Assembly: GCA_965285935.1 (NCBI GenBank) | Contig: OZ260661.1 | Coordinates: forward strand, 104,904,001-104,968,000 | Source of the DNA: Ophelia neglecta | Taxonomy: Eukaryota | Direction of reading: 5' to 3' | DNA length: 64,000 bases | Notes under the pieces: generated by a model | Told to the model about the DNA's origin: nothing | Seen by the model: only the letters and a program-made list of their open reading frames with translations | The model's database searches: none | Position numbers and translations under genes: made by a program | Shown here: positions 1 to 11,641 of the stretch, piece after piece | Position numbering within the stretch: the stretch's first letter is position 1 | Layout: every line of letters begins with the position of its first letter

Positions 1-240
1 TATCACAAGACAGTAGCCCAAAATGAAATTATGCCTTCAACTAACATCTGAAACATCTTAGACAATACACATGGCCCGGGTAATCTCAACATTTTGCATC
101 ATGATTGGTCAAACAATTGCTTTTATAAGTAGCAATGGAATAAAAGACAACAAAGCAACATCAGGGTGATTGACATTATCCTTGTACTTCAATGAGAGAA
201 TTAAATATTTATTAGATTTAACAATATTTCAAATCCATAC

Positions 241-3200
241 CATACAGAGGAGCTGGTGGCGGTAGATAGTAAGGGTCCCTGTAAGGATCACGGTAGGGAT
301 CTCTATAGGGATCTCTTAATGGATCCCTTAGTGGGTCTCTAAGTGGATCTCTCAGTGGGTCCCTCAAGGGAGGTACTGGATGGCCATATGGATCATAGCG
401 TCTTTCATATGGCCCAAACCTGTATAGAAAGTGGGACACTCAAGTTCTGCACTCTTATCTAGTAACAAACTTAAGTTTTCAAGAAAATAAATCAGAAAGT
501 TTTATTTGTGTTGGGCCTCACCAGAAAACATATATGTAATATAATAACATTTGTTCAAATGACTTTGTTTAAAGAAAAGGTCAAATTAATTCAACTTAAT
601 ATGATACGACTTACCTTAATCGATCTTCATATTGCAGTCTTCTTTCATATGGATCATCATACGGGTCCAACCTGCGTAATGGATCCTCCATCCTCCGTAA
701 TGGATCATCCATCCGATGTAAAGGGTCTTCCATCCTGTAGGCATCCCTGTCAGGAGTGGGGCCTCGCCCATTACCACGCCCTCTTCCTCTGCCACGCCCT
801 CTTCCTCTGCCCATGCTCATTTCATCCTCATGATCTACATAATAATCATCCTCTGGCTCAAAGGGGGGTTCCATTCTTCCTCTTCCCCTGCCCCTACCCC
901 GTAGTGGTGGCCTACCTCTCTCACCTCCTCTGCCTCTACCTCTCTCCCTGCCTCTGCCTCTTCCCCTGAAAGCATCTTCCTGGTAGGCATACATGTCGTG
1001 TTCCTCGTCTTCTTGGGGTCCTTGAAAACCATAGTGCTCATTATCATGATATGGGTCACCATGCTGTTCCTAGAAAAATAATAATGTAAGAACAAATAGT
1101 AAATGTTCATCATGTTTTTTATTTTTTGTAAATGATAATACATTTACATGTTTCGTTTTAAACATTCTACTGTATTTTGGTTTACACACTAATCGTAAGA
1201 TTAGAGCTGCTCCATTAGTTGTAATAAATATTCACTTACATCTGGTTCTCCATAAGGTACCAGCCCACCGGCTGGCCCTGTTGGAGCAGTATCTTCGTTA
1301 GTTCCCAGATCTGTGTTTACATTTCTTAACAGTTTCAGCTCTTCTGCTGCTTTTTTGATGATGTCATGTTCACGGTCAGACAATAACTAAATGAGAGTAA
1401 AAAAAATGTTTCATTCTTGACAGGCTAGTCTTTGCATCAGTCATGGTGACCCCACTTTCTCAACTTTCTTAATTGAAATACATCTAATAGCCAACAGTGA
1501 CAATAAGTAAAGATATGTTCATTTTTAATAATAACAAAATACATTTTCAGTTAGCATTCTATTTTTTCAAAAGTCCTTAAACAGTGTTCTTGTGTACTGG
1601 TCTGTACTGCATACCACTACAGGAAAAATACCTCATGCATGCTATATAGCAGGCAGTATGAGGCCTATATTAAATAATTTAGATTTTTTAGCAAAACAAA
1701 ATATTGAGGGTCCGTAATTGTTCTCAAATTTGAAGAGAATGCCACTTTGTAAGAACACAACTAAAAAATGTTGTTTTCCAACAACTTTTTGAGTATGGAG
1801 TAAAACTGAATTGGACTTTAGTTGGAAGCTCTGAGGGAATTTTGTTGTTGTTGAGGAAATTAACAAAGAAGGAAACAATGCTGTAAGTAGGGATGGGTGG
1901 GGTGGCATGAGTTAAATACTTTATTTAATTGGGTCCTAAATTTCCGGTAGATCAACCTACCGGAGGTCCATCGTCTGCAGATTCATTCTTCACTGGGTGT
2001 TGACCTTGTGGTTCCTGGAGTGAAGGAGAGGATCTAGGTGGAGGTCCTGGTGCCCTGGGGCCAGACTGTTGATGATTTCCAAGTGGCCTTACTTGTGGTG
2101 GCCCTGGATGCTGAGAGGGTCTTACTTGCCTTGGTCTTTGGCCAGCCTGCTGTGGATGCTGAGGAGGCCATCCGTGCGAGGGTCCTGGAGGTCTTTGATT
2201 GGGATCCCCTGCATGCCTGGGTGGCCTTGTTTGTGGGGGTCCTGGATGCCTGGGACCACCATCTTGAGGATGTCGAGGCCTCATTTGTGGTGGTCCTGTT
2301 GGTCTTTGCCCAGGCATTCGAGACCCCCTCGGAGCAAAGTTCATTCCCCTTCCAGCATTAGGGGCCATTGCCCTTGGTCCTGTGTATTGGTTCCCTCCCA
2401 TAGGAGAATCTCTTTGACCCATCTGGGGCATATCAATGGCTGTTTGCTGATCCATCTGTTTTTCTGCACCCCCACTTTGATCTGACATCAAATTATCTTC
2501 CTTTTGCTCATCAGATACATGATGGTCCCCTCCTTTCTTTTGATTAATGTCCTCAACATTCTCATCTTGACAGGCACCACTTTGGTCAGTTTTCTCCATA
2601 TGAACTTTTTCAATATTTGAGTTTTTATCTGATTGATTGTCCTCCATCTTTTTGGATGCATCAATACTAGCAGATTGTGGCCCAGATGGACCAAAATCAA
2701 TATCCATAAGAGAGAGTGGACCTGGCTTATCACCACCTCTATCACTGTCTGGGCCTTGAAATTGACCCCCTCTGCCTCTGAATGCACCCCGACTTCCTCT
2801 AGGGGGCATTGATCCACCCTGCATTGCACCACGCCCTCTGCCAGGGCCAATGAAACTTTCAGGCTGATCATTAAACTCGTCTTGGCCACCAAAATTACCC
2901 ATGTTTCTCAGGTCTTGATCCCCAAAATCATGTTCTGGTTGACCCATGAAACCTCCTCTAAATCCCCCCCTATTGCCTCTGCCCCGGTCAAACCCTCCTC
3001 TATTACCCATCCCTCTTTGGCCCTGTGCACCTCCCCTACCAAAATATTCCATATCTCCTCTGCCACGTCCTCCTCTTCCACGGTGTTCAACCCCTGGTCT
3101 GCCTCTCATTGCGTTTGCACCTCGGCCTATTCTGCCACGGCCTCTTCCCATAAAGGCCTGATCCTGATCAAGAGTATCTTGACTATCAAATGGGTCATTA

Positions 3201-6200
3201 AAAGGAGGGTTGGCTGGTGCCTCCGGTTGGCCTTGATACCCCCCTCTACCTCTATTAAATCCTCCTCGTCCTCTACTCTGCCCAGTCTCATATGTAGAAT
3301 TATCACTTCCCATCATGTTGGCATCCATTCCCTGACTATGATTTCCAAAGCTTCCCCGGCCCCTTTGGTTAAAACCTCCTCGTCCTCTATTTCCAAATCC
3401 CTCATTGGGTGGTGGTTGCTCTTGATCCTGTTTCTTGAAAACCTCTTGTTTTCTTTGATTAATATCTCTTCTTTTATGTTCCATCTGTTCTTGGTAGGTT
3501 TTCCATTGTTGCTCATATTGCATGTACTGATTTTGATCAGGGTGATCTGCAAGAATATATTAGTATTTAAACAATACTTCTAAAAATACAACTTAAGAAA
3601 TACAGTAGGTACAACACAATGCAACTCTAGATTTAATATTACAATTACTGTCACACAAAACACATATATACATTTAATTACAAATCTAGCATAATATTCA
3701 ATTCAGTCAATTATTAAGATGATGAACACAGTGTTTTTTTTATCTCCCAAACTTGGCTGGACTTTGCCAAAGCAATGTAAGTTTACAATGAATAAACTAA
3801 GGCCAGTAGCTCACTCTTGTTTTGTTCTTTCCAATCATCATATTGTTTTAACCAGGTACTATATTGCTGTTCAAACTGTGCTTCTTCCTGTTTCAAAGAC
3901 TGAATTGCATCCTCTGTTCCCTGGCTGGGCTGAAATGGAGGCCCAAACTGTTGACTGATATTTGGCCCTGGTTGGCCAAATCCTTGTTGTACGACATTTG
4001 CACCTGGCTGGCCAAATGCTTGTTGACTGACATTTGCACCTGGCTGGCCAATTCCTTGTTTTGGAAACTCATTTCCAGGGCCGCCTAAAGTAATTCAAAA
4101 TAAGATTAGGCACATACACCCTCATATCCCAATCACACATAAAATGACTATTCCTATTATAATAGCTGTGTTGTGTTATACTCACTGGTACAACATAAAT
4201 AAATTACACATGTATCATTAGTGCACTTATTTGGCACCTAATACATAATAGCAAAGTGAATACTAGCCTACTAGGGATGACACAAAAATATGTTTCTGCT
4301 TATTGATTTCAAATATAAACATTTCAAAGTTGTTTGTCAATTTACTGCCCAAACCTATGATAAGCAGTGCAAGATTCAGTGAAACATAATAACTTGGCTT
4401 ATCATACAGTAAGGTTTCTCTGATGGTTCTCTATAAATATGTTCATAAGTGTCACCATTGATTCCAAGACCAATAGTTAAGTTATTTGCTACCCAAGAAA
4501 TGCTTTATTTTTTGCTGTGTAATAATGATAATTTCCTTCTTTCACATGAGGTTTAATATAAAAAAACTATTTACTTAAGACATGCTTTATTAACTTTAGG
4601 TGGTCTAAAAAATATACCTTGCTGTACTGGTGGTTGAGTGCCACATTGGGCTTGATAAGACATCCAGTTTTGCTGATATTCCTGCCACTGTTTCTGTTGC
4701 TCCTGCCACTGTGCAGCCTGCTTCTGGAGGGCAGATAACTTTTGAAGTTCTTCTTCACTGTTTGCACCTGGGACCTGCAATAGTAAAAACTCACAAGCTA
4801 GAATAAAATTGAAGACAAATCAACAGATTATTGCTATGGCATACGTTCATTCCAAGCTGCTGGAAAAGAAAATGGCAGTTTTATCTCAAATTACTGAAAA
4901 TATTAATACTGGCTTTTCGGTCAACTGTTTTAGTTAGCATCACAGGATCTTTCTCCCTGACTGAAAGCTTAGTTTCCAAATTCTGGGGACCCAATAAAGG
5001 AGTATCCTTTGGGTATTCTTTAAAAAAAAGTCTGCATACTGCTCAGTTTATAGAGATCTGATACTGGTACTTGGGAAACGATACCGATAACAAACCAACA
5101 CTGATATTTCTTGAAAATCTTTGGTTACAAAGGCCAGTGTTTCAAGGAAATTGACCTGTATGCTTGCAATATATCCCATTTTTCAAATCATGAAAAATGC
5201 AACACTTTAGTTAAAACAAACTATACTGAACACAAACAAGAATTTTGTAAATCTACGGTATTTTCTATGTCCTAGATTCTAATTATCTACCTTTCCATCT
5301 AAAGAGTATGGTATCGACTATCGAAAAACCAGTTCAAAGTGATAACAATACTTGAAAGTTTATAAGATACAGACAATATCGGATACAATTATGCATCCCT
5401 ACTTATGAATTTTAGATCTGTCACGCTCAACTCTATCAACGGTCAACATTCTCAAGAAATAACCCATGTTTTTATACTGCTATTTCCAAAGTTTTTCGAT
5501 TGTTAAATCACATGTTGGTTTCATGTCTGTGCATATTTATACCTGAACAAACTGTGCTTACAACGAACACAGCACAATAAAATTAAGGATTGACTGAAGG
5601 TTTCATAACAGAGATGTCTGTTTTGTGTTTTATCACTGTATTCAATGGTATCAATGTGAATCCAACCTCAGAATTGATTTGTGTATAACCTTTGATCCCC
5701 AGGCTGAAAACCTTGGGCTTAAATCCCAAAACATTCATTCCTCTAGACCTTTTTTTTTCTACATTTTGTCAGTTTATTTCACTACCCTTTAAACAGAGCT
5801 ACAGCTTCCGACATAAGTCTTTATACTTACAAACACAATACTAGAATAGATGACAGTCTGATTCATTGCATTTCGTTTGGGAATTATATATACAGACAAA
5901 ATGATGATGCCACAAGTTTAACTCTTTTAGCAACTTAATGTACATTTAATATAGCAAAAATGCATGTACATATTAAGTATGTAATAAAACTGTTTTACAG
6001 CCAATAAAATAATAGCAACAGCGGAGGATAAGGGGTTGTAGCCCCTGGGCCAACTGCTATAATGCTTGGGACCCCTGAATGGATATGTCTGGGAAGGCCA
6101 ATATCCTCCTGACCCCCCCCCCCCCCCCCAGCGTCAATCTTCCACTGAGCAAAACAGTGAGTTAAGGTTCACCTGAACATTATTTGGTTAATTTTTTTTT

Positions 6201-7460
6201 CATTCAGGCTCCAAATAGTTCTCATGCAGAGCATGGGTGAAAGAGGTTTTTGTATGCATTTTTTTCTAATTGTTTGCAGGCGCCAAGAGAACAAGTAATC
6301 ATGTCTAGAGATTCTTTTGGATGGTTTGGATGCGGTTTCCTAATATGTTTGTTTGGAGCTTGTTAGGTTAGTTTACTGTTGACACTGACCAATATATTGG
6401 GGTGTAGTCACTGTCTCTACACTAATCAGGTAATTTAAGGAGGGTCACTGGGGTAAAAAAAAATTGTCAAACATGTATATTTTATTTCATTTTTTTGAAG
6501 CTCTTGTTTGATAGATTGAAAATGTCGAAAGAAAAGCATGGGTAGCGGACCTCGTTTTTTTGCTGTGTCCTGTTGAAAATTCCATGAAAATAGGGGTTCA
6601 GTGCAGGTTTTATAATGGGAGTATATGGGAAAATAGGCCCCATAGTTTTAAAGTGATCAGAAATTGCTTAAAACAGATTCAACAAGTCTGATTTTTTCTT
6701 CTTACTTTGTTGTAGACATATTAATCTTTCAAATGATGTACAATTTTCATAGGCTTACGGCACTAATTTTTTCTGTATTCAACAAAATTCATTGCCAAAA
6801 TGTTATAATATTGAAATTGTGATAGTCAGCGACCTTTAACCTTTGACCTTGACTTTGACAAGATTAGGTCATGATAATACTTGATGCACAATAGTTGGTT
6901 GCCTATATGGGGATACTTTTTTCAAAGCAATGTGCATAATAACTCTAGATATATTTCGTTTTATTTATTTTTTTAATTTTGCTATTTGTATAGGTTACCA
7001 TGGGAACAGGTCTGTTTTTGGGTGCGGCACAATGAAATATTTTCAAATTCTTGCCGATTCCCATGAAAGGAATAATGGCGAATATTTGTGTATTGGTTTT
7101 AACTTTCTGTATGATGTTTCAATTTTTCCCCAAATTTTCCCCCATTTTGCCAATGGTACCCCAGTGACCCTCCTTAAGCCTACTTACGGGAGCATCTTTT
7201 TCGTCCGGTGGCGGCTCAGGTGGTAAAGGAGGTTGATCATTTCCAGGCAGAGGAGGATCAACGGGTGGGGCAGGATTCACGCCTCCAGGAGAACCGGCAG
7301 GAGGGAGAGGTGGTGGAGTTTGGTTAGGAGCGTTGACCGGTATCTGGCTTTGTTGATTGCCAACTTGCTGATAGTATTGTTGCCAGTACACCTGCTGCTG
7401 CATTACTTGAGTCTGTTGAGGGTTGGCATCCTGCCCCCATTGTTGCCAATTACCATACAT
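241..7460 (-). CDS. YLPM1: YLP motif-containing protein 1 (ZAP3)-like, 5' portion, multi-exon; continues beyond the left edge
   Basis: Phase-compatible GT-AG exons on the minus strand: 7460-7188, 4774-4618, 4084-3815, 3546-1961, 1386-1240, 1069-615, 419-~241 (last donor at 245 or 240, ambiguous). The start MYGNW and the motifs LQKQAAQWQEQQ, HPDQNQYMQYEQQWKTYQEQM and LSDREHDIIKKAAEELKLLR resemble recalled vertebrate YLPM1 segments (MYPNW, LQAAAAHWQQHQ, YEKQWKTWQGHM, LSQRQHEIILKAAQELKMLR). Pro-, Gln- and RGG-rich. Confidence 0.85.
270..366 (-). repeat. Coding tandem repeat, 12-nt unit (RDPL/RDPY) in a YLPM1 exon
   Basis: Translation reads LRDPLRDPLRDPLRDPLRDPYRDPYRDPYRDPY. Confidence 0.85.
3950..4060 (-). 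repeat. Coding tandem repeat, ~36-nt unit x3 in a YLPM1 exon
   Basis: Translation reads GQPGANVSQQAF-GQPGANVVQQGF-GQPGPNISQQF. Confidence 0.8.
6439..7173. mobile_element. Non-autonomous DNA transposon with TTAA target-site duplication (TSD), Kolobok-like, in a YLPM1 intron
   Basis: TTAA (6435-6438) + GGAGGGTCACTGGGGTA ... TACCCCAGTGACCCTCC + TTAA (7174-7177): a perfect 17-bp terminal inverted repeat (TIR). RR..YY termini with TTAA fit Kolobok better than piggyBac. Confidence 0.85.
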
Positions 7461-8885
7461 TTCCTTTTATTTTTGTCTGAAACTGATAAAACCTGAGCAA
7501 TTCTGTGATTGATTGTTGAATACACGCTTAGAGAAAATGGCATAATTTGTTTTTCCTGTTCCGTTTGACTACAACGACTACCTGTCTACTGTTTCGCCTC
7601 ACACCTCTTTCGCCAAATTACAGTTTGCCATGGAGTTCGGTCGCCCCATAAGACTGTTCGTCCAGTTCGTATGAACGAATATCACTACCATTCTTATACA
7701 TCAAATGTGCCTTACATAGGCCTATCCAGATCGAAACCGGATCAAACGACAAGCGCGTAACATCTTCACAGTGTGTAGCCTATATGTAATATGCAATTAT
7801 GGAGGGCGTTAATGAAATATCAAGCACACCATCCTAGGGCCCGGGCGGGGAGGCCGGGTAGGGGGTGGGGAGGTTGTGTCTGTGGCCAAACAATTTAAAT
7901 ATTTCCATGTATTTAGAACTACACTCGAAACTCTGAATGGGGATGCTGGACGTAGACGAATGATAAAAAAAACATACTTTATTCAATTCTAGGCGACAGG
8001 CTCAAAGCATCAGAAAACTTCTAACCAAAAAGAAATTGGTCTCGAAAGTCGAATATAATTACATCCCAAACGACTTCTCTATTATGTTCTCCGGCTGTGA
8101 TAAATACTATATCGGTCAAACAACCACTAGTCTAAGAAACAGCTTTACATGCAGAATGCGTCAAAGACCTTCAAACTAAATATAATATGTTTGTTATAAT
8201 TTTACATGCCATTGCAATTTGTTTTTTTTCACTGATTGTAATTTGCAGAATTGTTGCGAGTCTGGAAACAATTCCTATGCCGACAGAAAAAGCTGTAATA
8301 AATAAAGAAACGTACATGGCCTATCCCAATCAATTTATATGCCTGAGGATCTTTTTGCTTCCCAGTAGGCACAACACGTGGAATACCCACGAATATCATG
8401 TGTTGTAAGTTGTAACCACGTGTACAGAACATGGAAATTTTGTTGAAAAAACAGCTTCCAAAAACATGATTGTTACAAGTGAAAACACGTAATTTCCACG
8501 AATCTTTCACGATTTTTCCGCCAAATACATTGAAGCAATGCAAGAAGACCTTGACCGACGTTCAGCATTCAAGGCAGTCGGGTTTCATGGATGGACTTTG
8601 CCATTTGCCAGTGGCTTATCTCTGAAGTACCAATAGCGGGGTTGAAATAGTGCAAAAACGATTATGACTTTCTCCCGACAGTGGGAAGGCAAATAATATA
8701 TTTGCAAAGCTAATATAATATAGCCCGCAATGCCCGCACCGGTAGTACCTGCACCCCCAATCCCGCGCAATGGCAAGCGCGCATTCATAGTCGACATTGA
8801 ACCAGGGCTCGATCTGGGACCATTTCGTGTACTTTCGACTCGCAACAATCCATCTACTATATACATTAACGCATTCAACAGGAAA
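7461..8885. promoter_or_regulatory. Putative bidirectional promoter region between YLPM1 (-) and the crotonase gene (+)
   Basis: Divergent start codons lie ~1.3-1.4 kb apart. CpG is locally enriched, with a GC-rich GGGCGGGG box near 7843. Transcription starts cannot be determined from sequence. Confidence 0.45.
8075..8150 (+). mobile_element. Penelope-like GIY-YIG endonuclease relic
   Basis: Translates FSIMFSGCDKYYIGQTTTSLRNSF, matching the YxIxCxxCxxxYIGQTxxxLxxRF pattern of Penelope GIY-YIG domains. No long ORF. Confidence 0.6.
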
Positions 8886-9164
8886 ATGCTGTCTTTAACA
8901 AGATATAATGGCAGACCTGTTGTCAATATGTTAAAGAAAGCGACCAGCATTCGCTTGCAAAATGGAATTTGCAGCTCAGCCGGTACGGAAAGTACAACGG
9001 ACAAGGTGAAACCGGAAAATTTCAGGAGCGTTCAGTACCATGTTTCAGAAAAGGTTGCCCACATAACATTAAACAGACCACATCGAATGAATGCCATTGA
9101 TGTTCACATGCCGCTGGAATTGGAAGGAGCGGTTGAAATGGCTAATTTGGACCCAGATGTCAAG
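8886..9164 (+). CDS. Crotonase/enoyl-CoA hydratase-family protein, shared exon 1 with an N-terminal mitochondrial-presequence-like leader
   Basis: AAAATG at 8886 (an upstream in-frame ATG at 8730 is possible). A basic, acid-free leader MLSLTRYNGRPVVNMLKKATSIRL precedes the crotonase motif VAHITLNRPHRMNAID. Phase-0 donor AAG|GTAAAC at 9164/9165. Confidence 0.85.
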
Positions 9165-9194
9165 GTAAACACAAGGCCTCCATATACCGTACCA

Positions 9195-9433
9195 TACGGA
9201 TATTGATTACCAGCGGACGTGCGGACGCGGATGCCATGTGTATTTTAGGGTGGCAGGAAGCAAAAAAAAAAAAAAAAGCGTCAGCAAGGCTATGATTAGG
9301 ACTGAGGATTAATTTCATGGTTAGGGGAAGGGTTAGGGACAAGTTTTATAGGTCTAGTGATCTGTTCTAATATCGGGATTTACCTCAGCAAGACTCCGTC
9401 CGCGCCTAGCTCCGCTTTTAATCAAAAGTCCCG
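9195..9433. mobile_element. Small MITE-like element containing TTAGGG-like motifs, in crotonase intron 1
   Basis: Imperfect inverted ends GGATATTGATTACCAGCGGA / TCCGCTTTTAATCAAAAGTCC, flanked by CCGTACCA at 9187-9194 and 9434-9441. Internal GGTTAGGG motifs. Confidence 0.5.
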
Positions 9434-10924
9434 CCGTACCACCATCCTAGTTATACTCATCATTGAAACCCTTGGCATAGTTAAAAAGTTATACTTTAAA
9501 TTTGAAAAATGTTTTATCTAGGGTATGACTCATTGGCAATATCGTCATAACCCGCCCATTTGTTTGGGAGATCTGATCCAGATAAAAAAGATGCTGGATA
9601 AGGCCCAGAAGTAGGCTAAAGTACAGTCACCCCAGAAGGCATTTTTGTGGGCTCCTGGTGACGATTCATTTGAAGCACAGTGAGCCCAAAACGTACAACT
9701 TTAACACCTGCATGGGGATGATTCATTTGTTAAGTTGCAATCGACTCTCTAGATTCGCAGATCTGCACTGGAAACAAAGTGTAAATACAAATGACATTGG
9801 TCCGCAACTCTACAGTAAAGTAGACCAAAGTACACTTGACCAAAGGCACATGCAAGGCGTAATATGTTGAAATCTAGCCAGTAGTTTTGGTGAACTACTA
9901 CTGAAATAAAGTATGGATGAAGAATAAATAATTCTATACAATTTTGCCCCAATAGTGGGCCAAAGTACAGTAAGCCCAAAGGCATTTCTTTGACCTTAAG
10001 TCTTCAATCATATGTTATCTGGTTTCAATCCTCCTAATAGTCTTGGATATCTACTTAAGAATAAAAGTTTAACGGCTAAAAATTAGGTCCACAAATGTGT
10101 CATGACTGCAGGTTGTCAGGAATAGGCCTAGACCTATATTGTACCTTTACAAATGAATCAAACAACTTAACTTCAGGAATTTGGGCAGGAATATAAAACA
10201 AAGTTTGCTAAGCTAAATATTTACATGATATATAGCACTTGGCCTTTAGTTTAGTTCAGAATTGTTTAGGGATTACCAAATTTTGTAGTAAATCAAACAA
10301 AATAGGGATAGTTTTTTTTTTTACTTTGGCAATAAGGGTGATAAAATGGAGCTCATATCTTAGAAACTGCACTGTTTATGATCAAGATTACAATTAAGAT
10401 CTAACCCTGTATAGTTTGATTGCCTCTTGTCGTTTGAAAGAAGAGATAAATCAAATCTTCGTATGAAATCGATGTATCCAATCAATGACTGTGGTCTGGT
10501 TGGGATTCTTATTCAAGTTCACATGCCAATGATATAATATCTTCACTCCTAAGTGCAGCGCCATACCTGAATATGGATTGTGAGGGCATGCACTTGAGTG
10601 ATACTTCCTCGTGAATGTCTCACTCTGGTACCCACCTGGGGTCTTAATAAGGCGTGACTGGATCGGAAAGTTTTTCATCCTGTTTTGTCAATCACCGGGA
10701 AGACAATTCTCATATGTTGCCGTCAGCCATGGGTAGAAAGAAGGTGACAATTTACCTGGGTTCTCTTTCTTTATAGCTGGAGGATTTTGCCATCAAAATT
10801 CGTAAAACTCCATTGGCCAACTTTTTCCAGTGGGGGGGGGGGGGGGGGGGTGATTAGGAAGTCGAATTGACCGATGGTACTTCTTTAAGGAAAATAAAGG
10901 GAAATCATGTCGTTTTTGTTTCAG

Positions 10925-11641
10925 GTTTTATTGATGTCTGGAAAGAAGGTGTTCTGTTCTGGATATGATTTAAAAGAGTATGCTGAGAGTGATAGGGGTT
11001 CGCCTCTGAGTCAGAAGATGCCATGGGATCCATACGAAGATTTCAAATTTATGTCTAGATGTAATAAAGCATGGATGTCACTCTGGAGGAGTGATAAGCC
11101 TGTGATTTGCAAAATTAAAGGGGTAGCTATTGGTGGTGGAAGTGATATGGCCCTTTGTTCAGACGTCATTTTTGCCGACGAGGAAGCAAAAATAGGGTAT
11201 CCTCCATCTAGAGTTTGGGGATGTCCAACGACAGCTATGTGGTTTTATAGGGTTGGAATTGAAAGAGCGAAACGAATAATGTTTACTGGGGAAATAATGA
11301 CAGGAAAAAGAGCAGCAGAAATAGGACTTATAGGAGAAGCTGTTCCAAGTGATAAATTAGACGAGACTGTTCAAATGTTTATCCAGCGCATCATAAATGT
11401 GCCGACCAATCAACTATTCTTCCATAAGCAAGTAATTAATCAAGCTGTGGAACAAATGGGCTTATTCCAGACTCAAAGATTAGCAACATTCATCGATGGA
11501 ATGACCAGACATACACCCGAAGGTGTGGCATTCCAGAAGAGGGCCCAGGAAGTTGGATTTAAAAAGGCGGTTTTTGAACGAGATTCGGGAGTAGATGCTT
11601 CTTGGTCAAACATGAAAACGAATTCAAAGCCTACACTGTGA
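10925..11641 (+). CDS. Crotonase-family terminal exon copy A (C-terminus ...NSKPTL, no PTS1)
   Basis: Phase-0 acceptor TTTCAG|GTT joins exon 1 (DPDVK|VLLMSG). Motifs FCSGYDL, KPVICKIKGVAIGGG and IGYPPSRVWG. The frame is open to TGA at 11641. Confidence 0.88.
   Translation, partial: VLLMSGKKVFCSGYDLKEYAESDRGSPLSQKMPWDPYEDFKFMSRCNKAWMSLWRSDKPVICKIKGVAIGGGSDMALCSDVIFADEEAKIGYPPSRVWGCPTTAMWFYRVGIERAKRIMFTGEIMTGKRAAEIGLIGEAVPSDKLDETVQMFIQRIINVPTNQLFFHKQVINQAVEQMGLFQTQRLATFIDGMTRHTPEGVAFQKRAQEVGFKKAVFERDSGVDASWSNMKTNSKPTL

Noticed and set aside
508-3583. Several long plus-strand ORFs (e.g. 508-969, 2069-2485, 2882-3583)
   Set aside because: They are antisense shadows of low-complexity YLPM1 exons, with no recognisable domains.
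8585-9004. 139-aa minus-strand ORF overlapping crotonase exon 1
   Set aside because: Antisense to a well-supported coding exon, with no recognisable homology.
9290-9345. Interstitial telomere
   Set aside because: Only a few degenerate TTAGGG motifs, and they lie inside a small MITE-like element.
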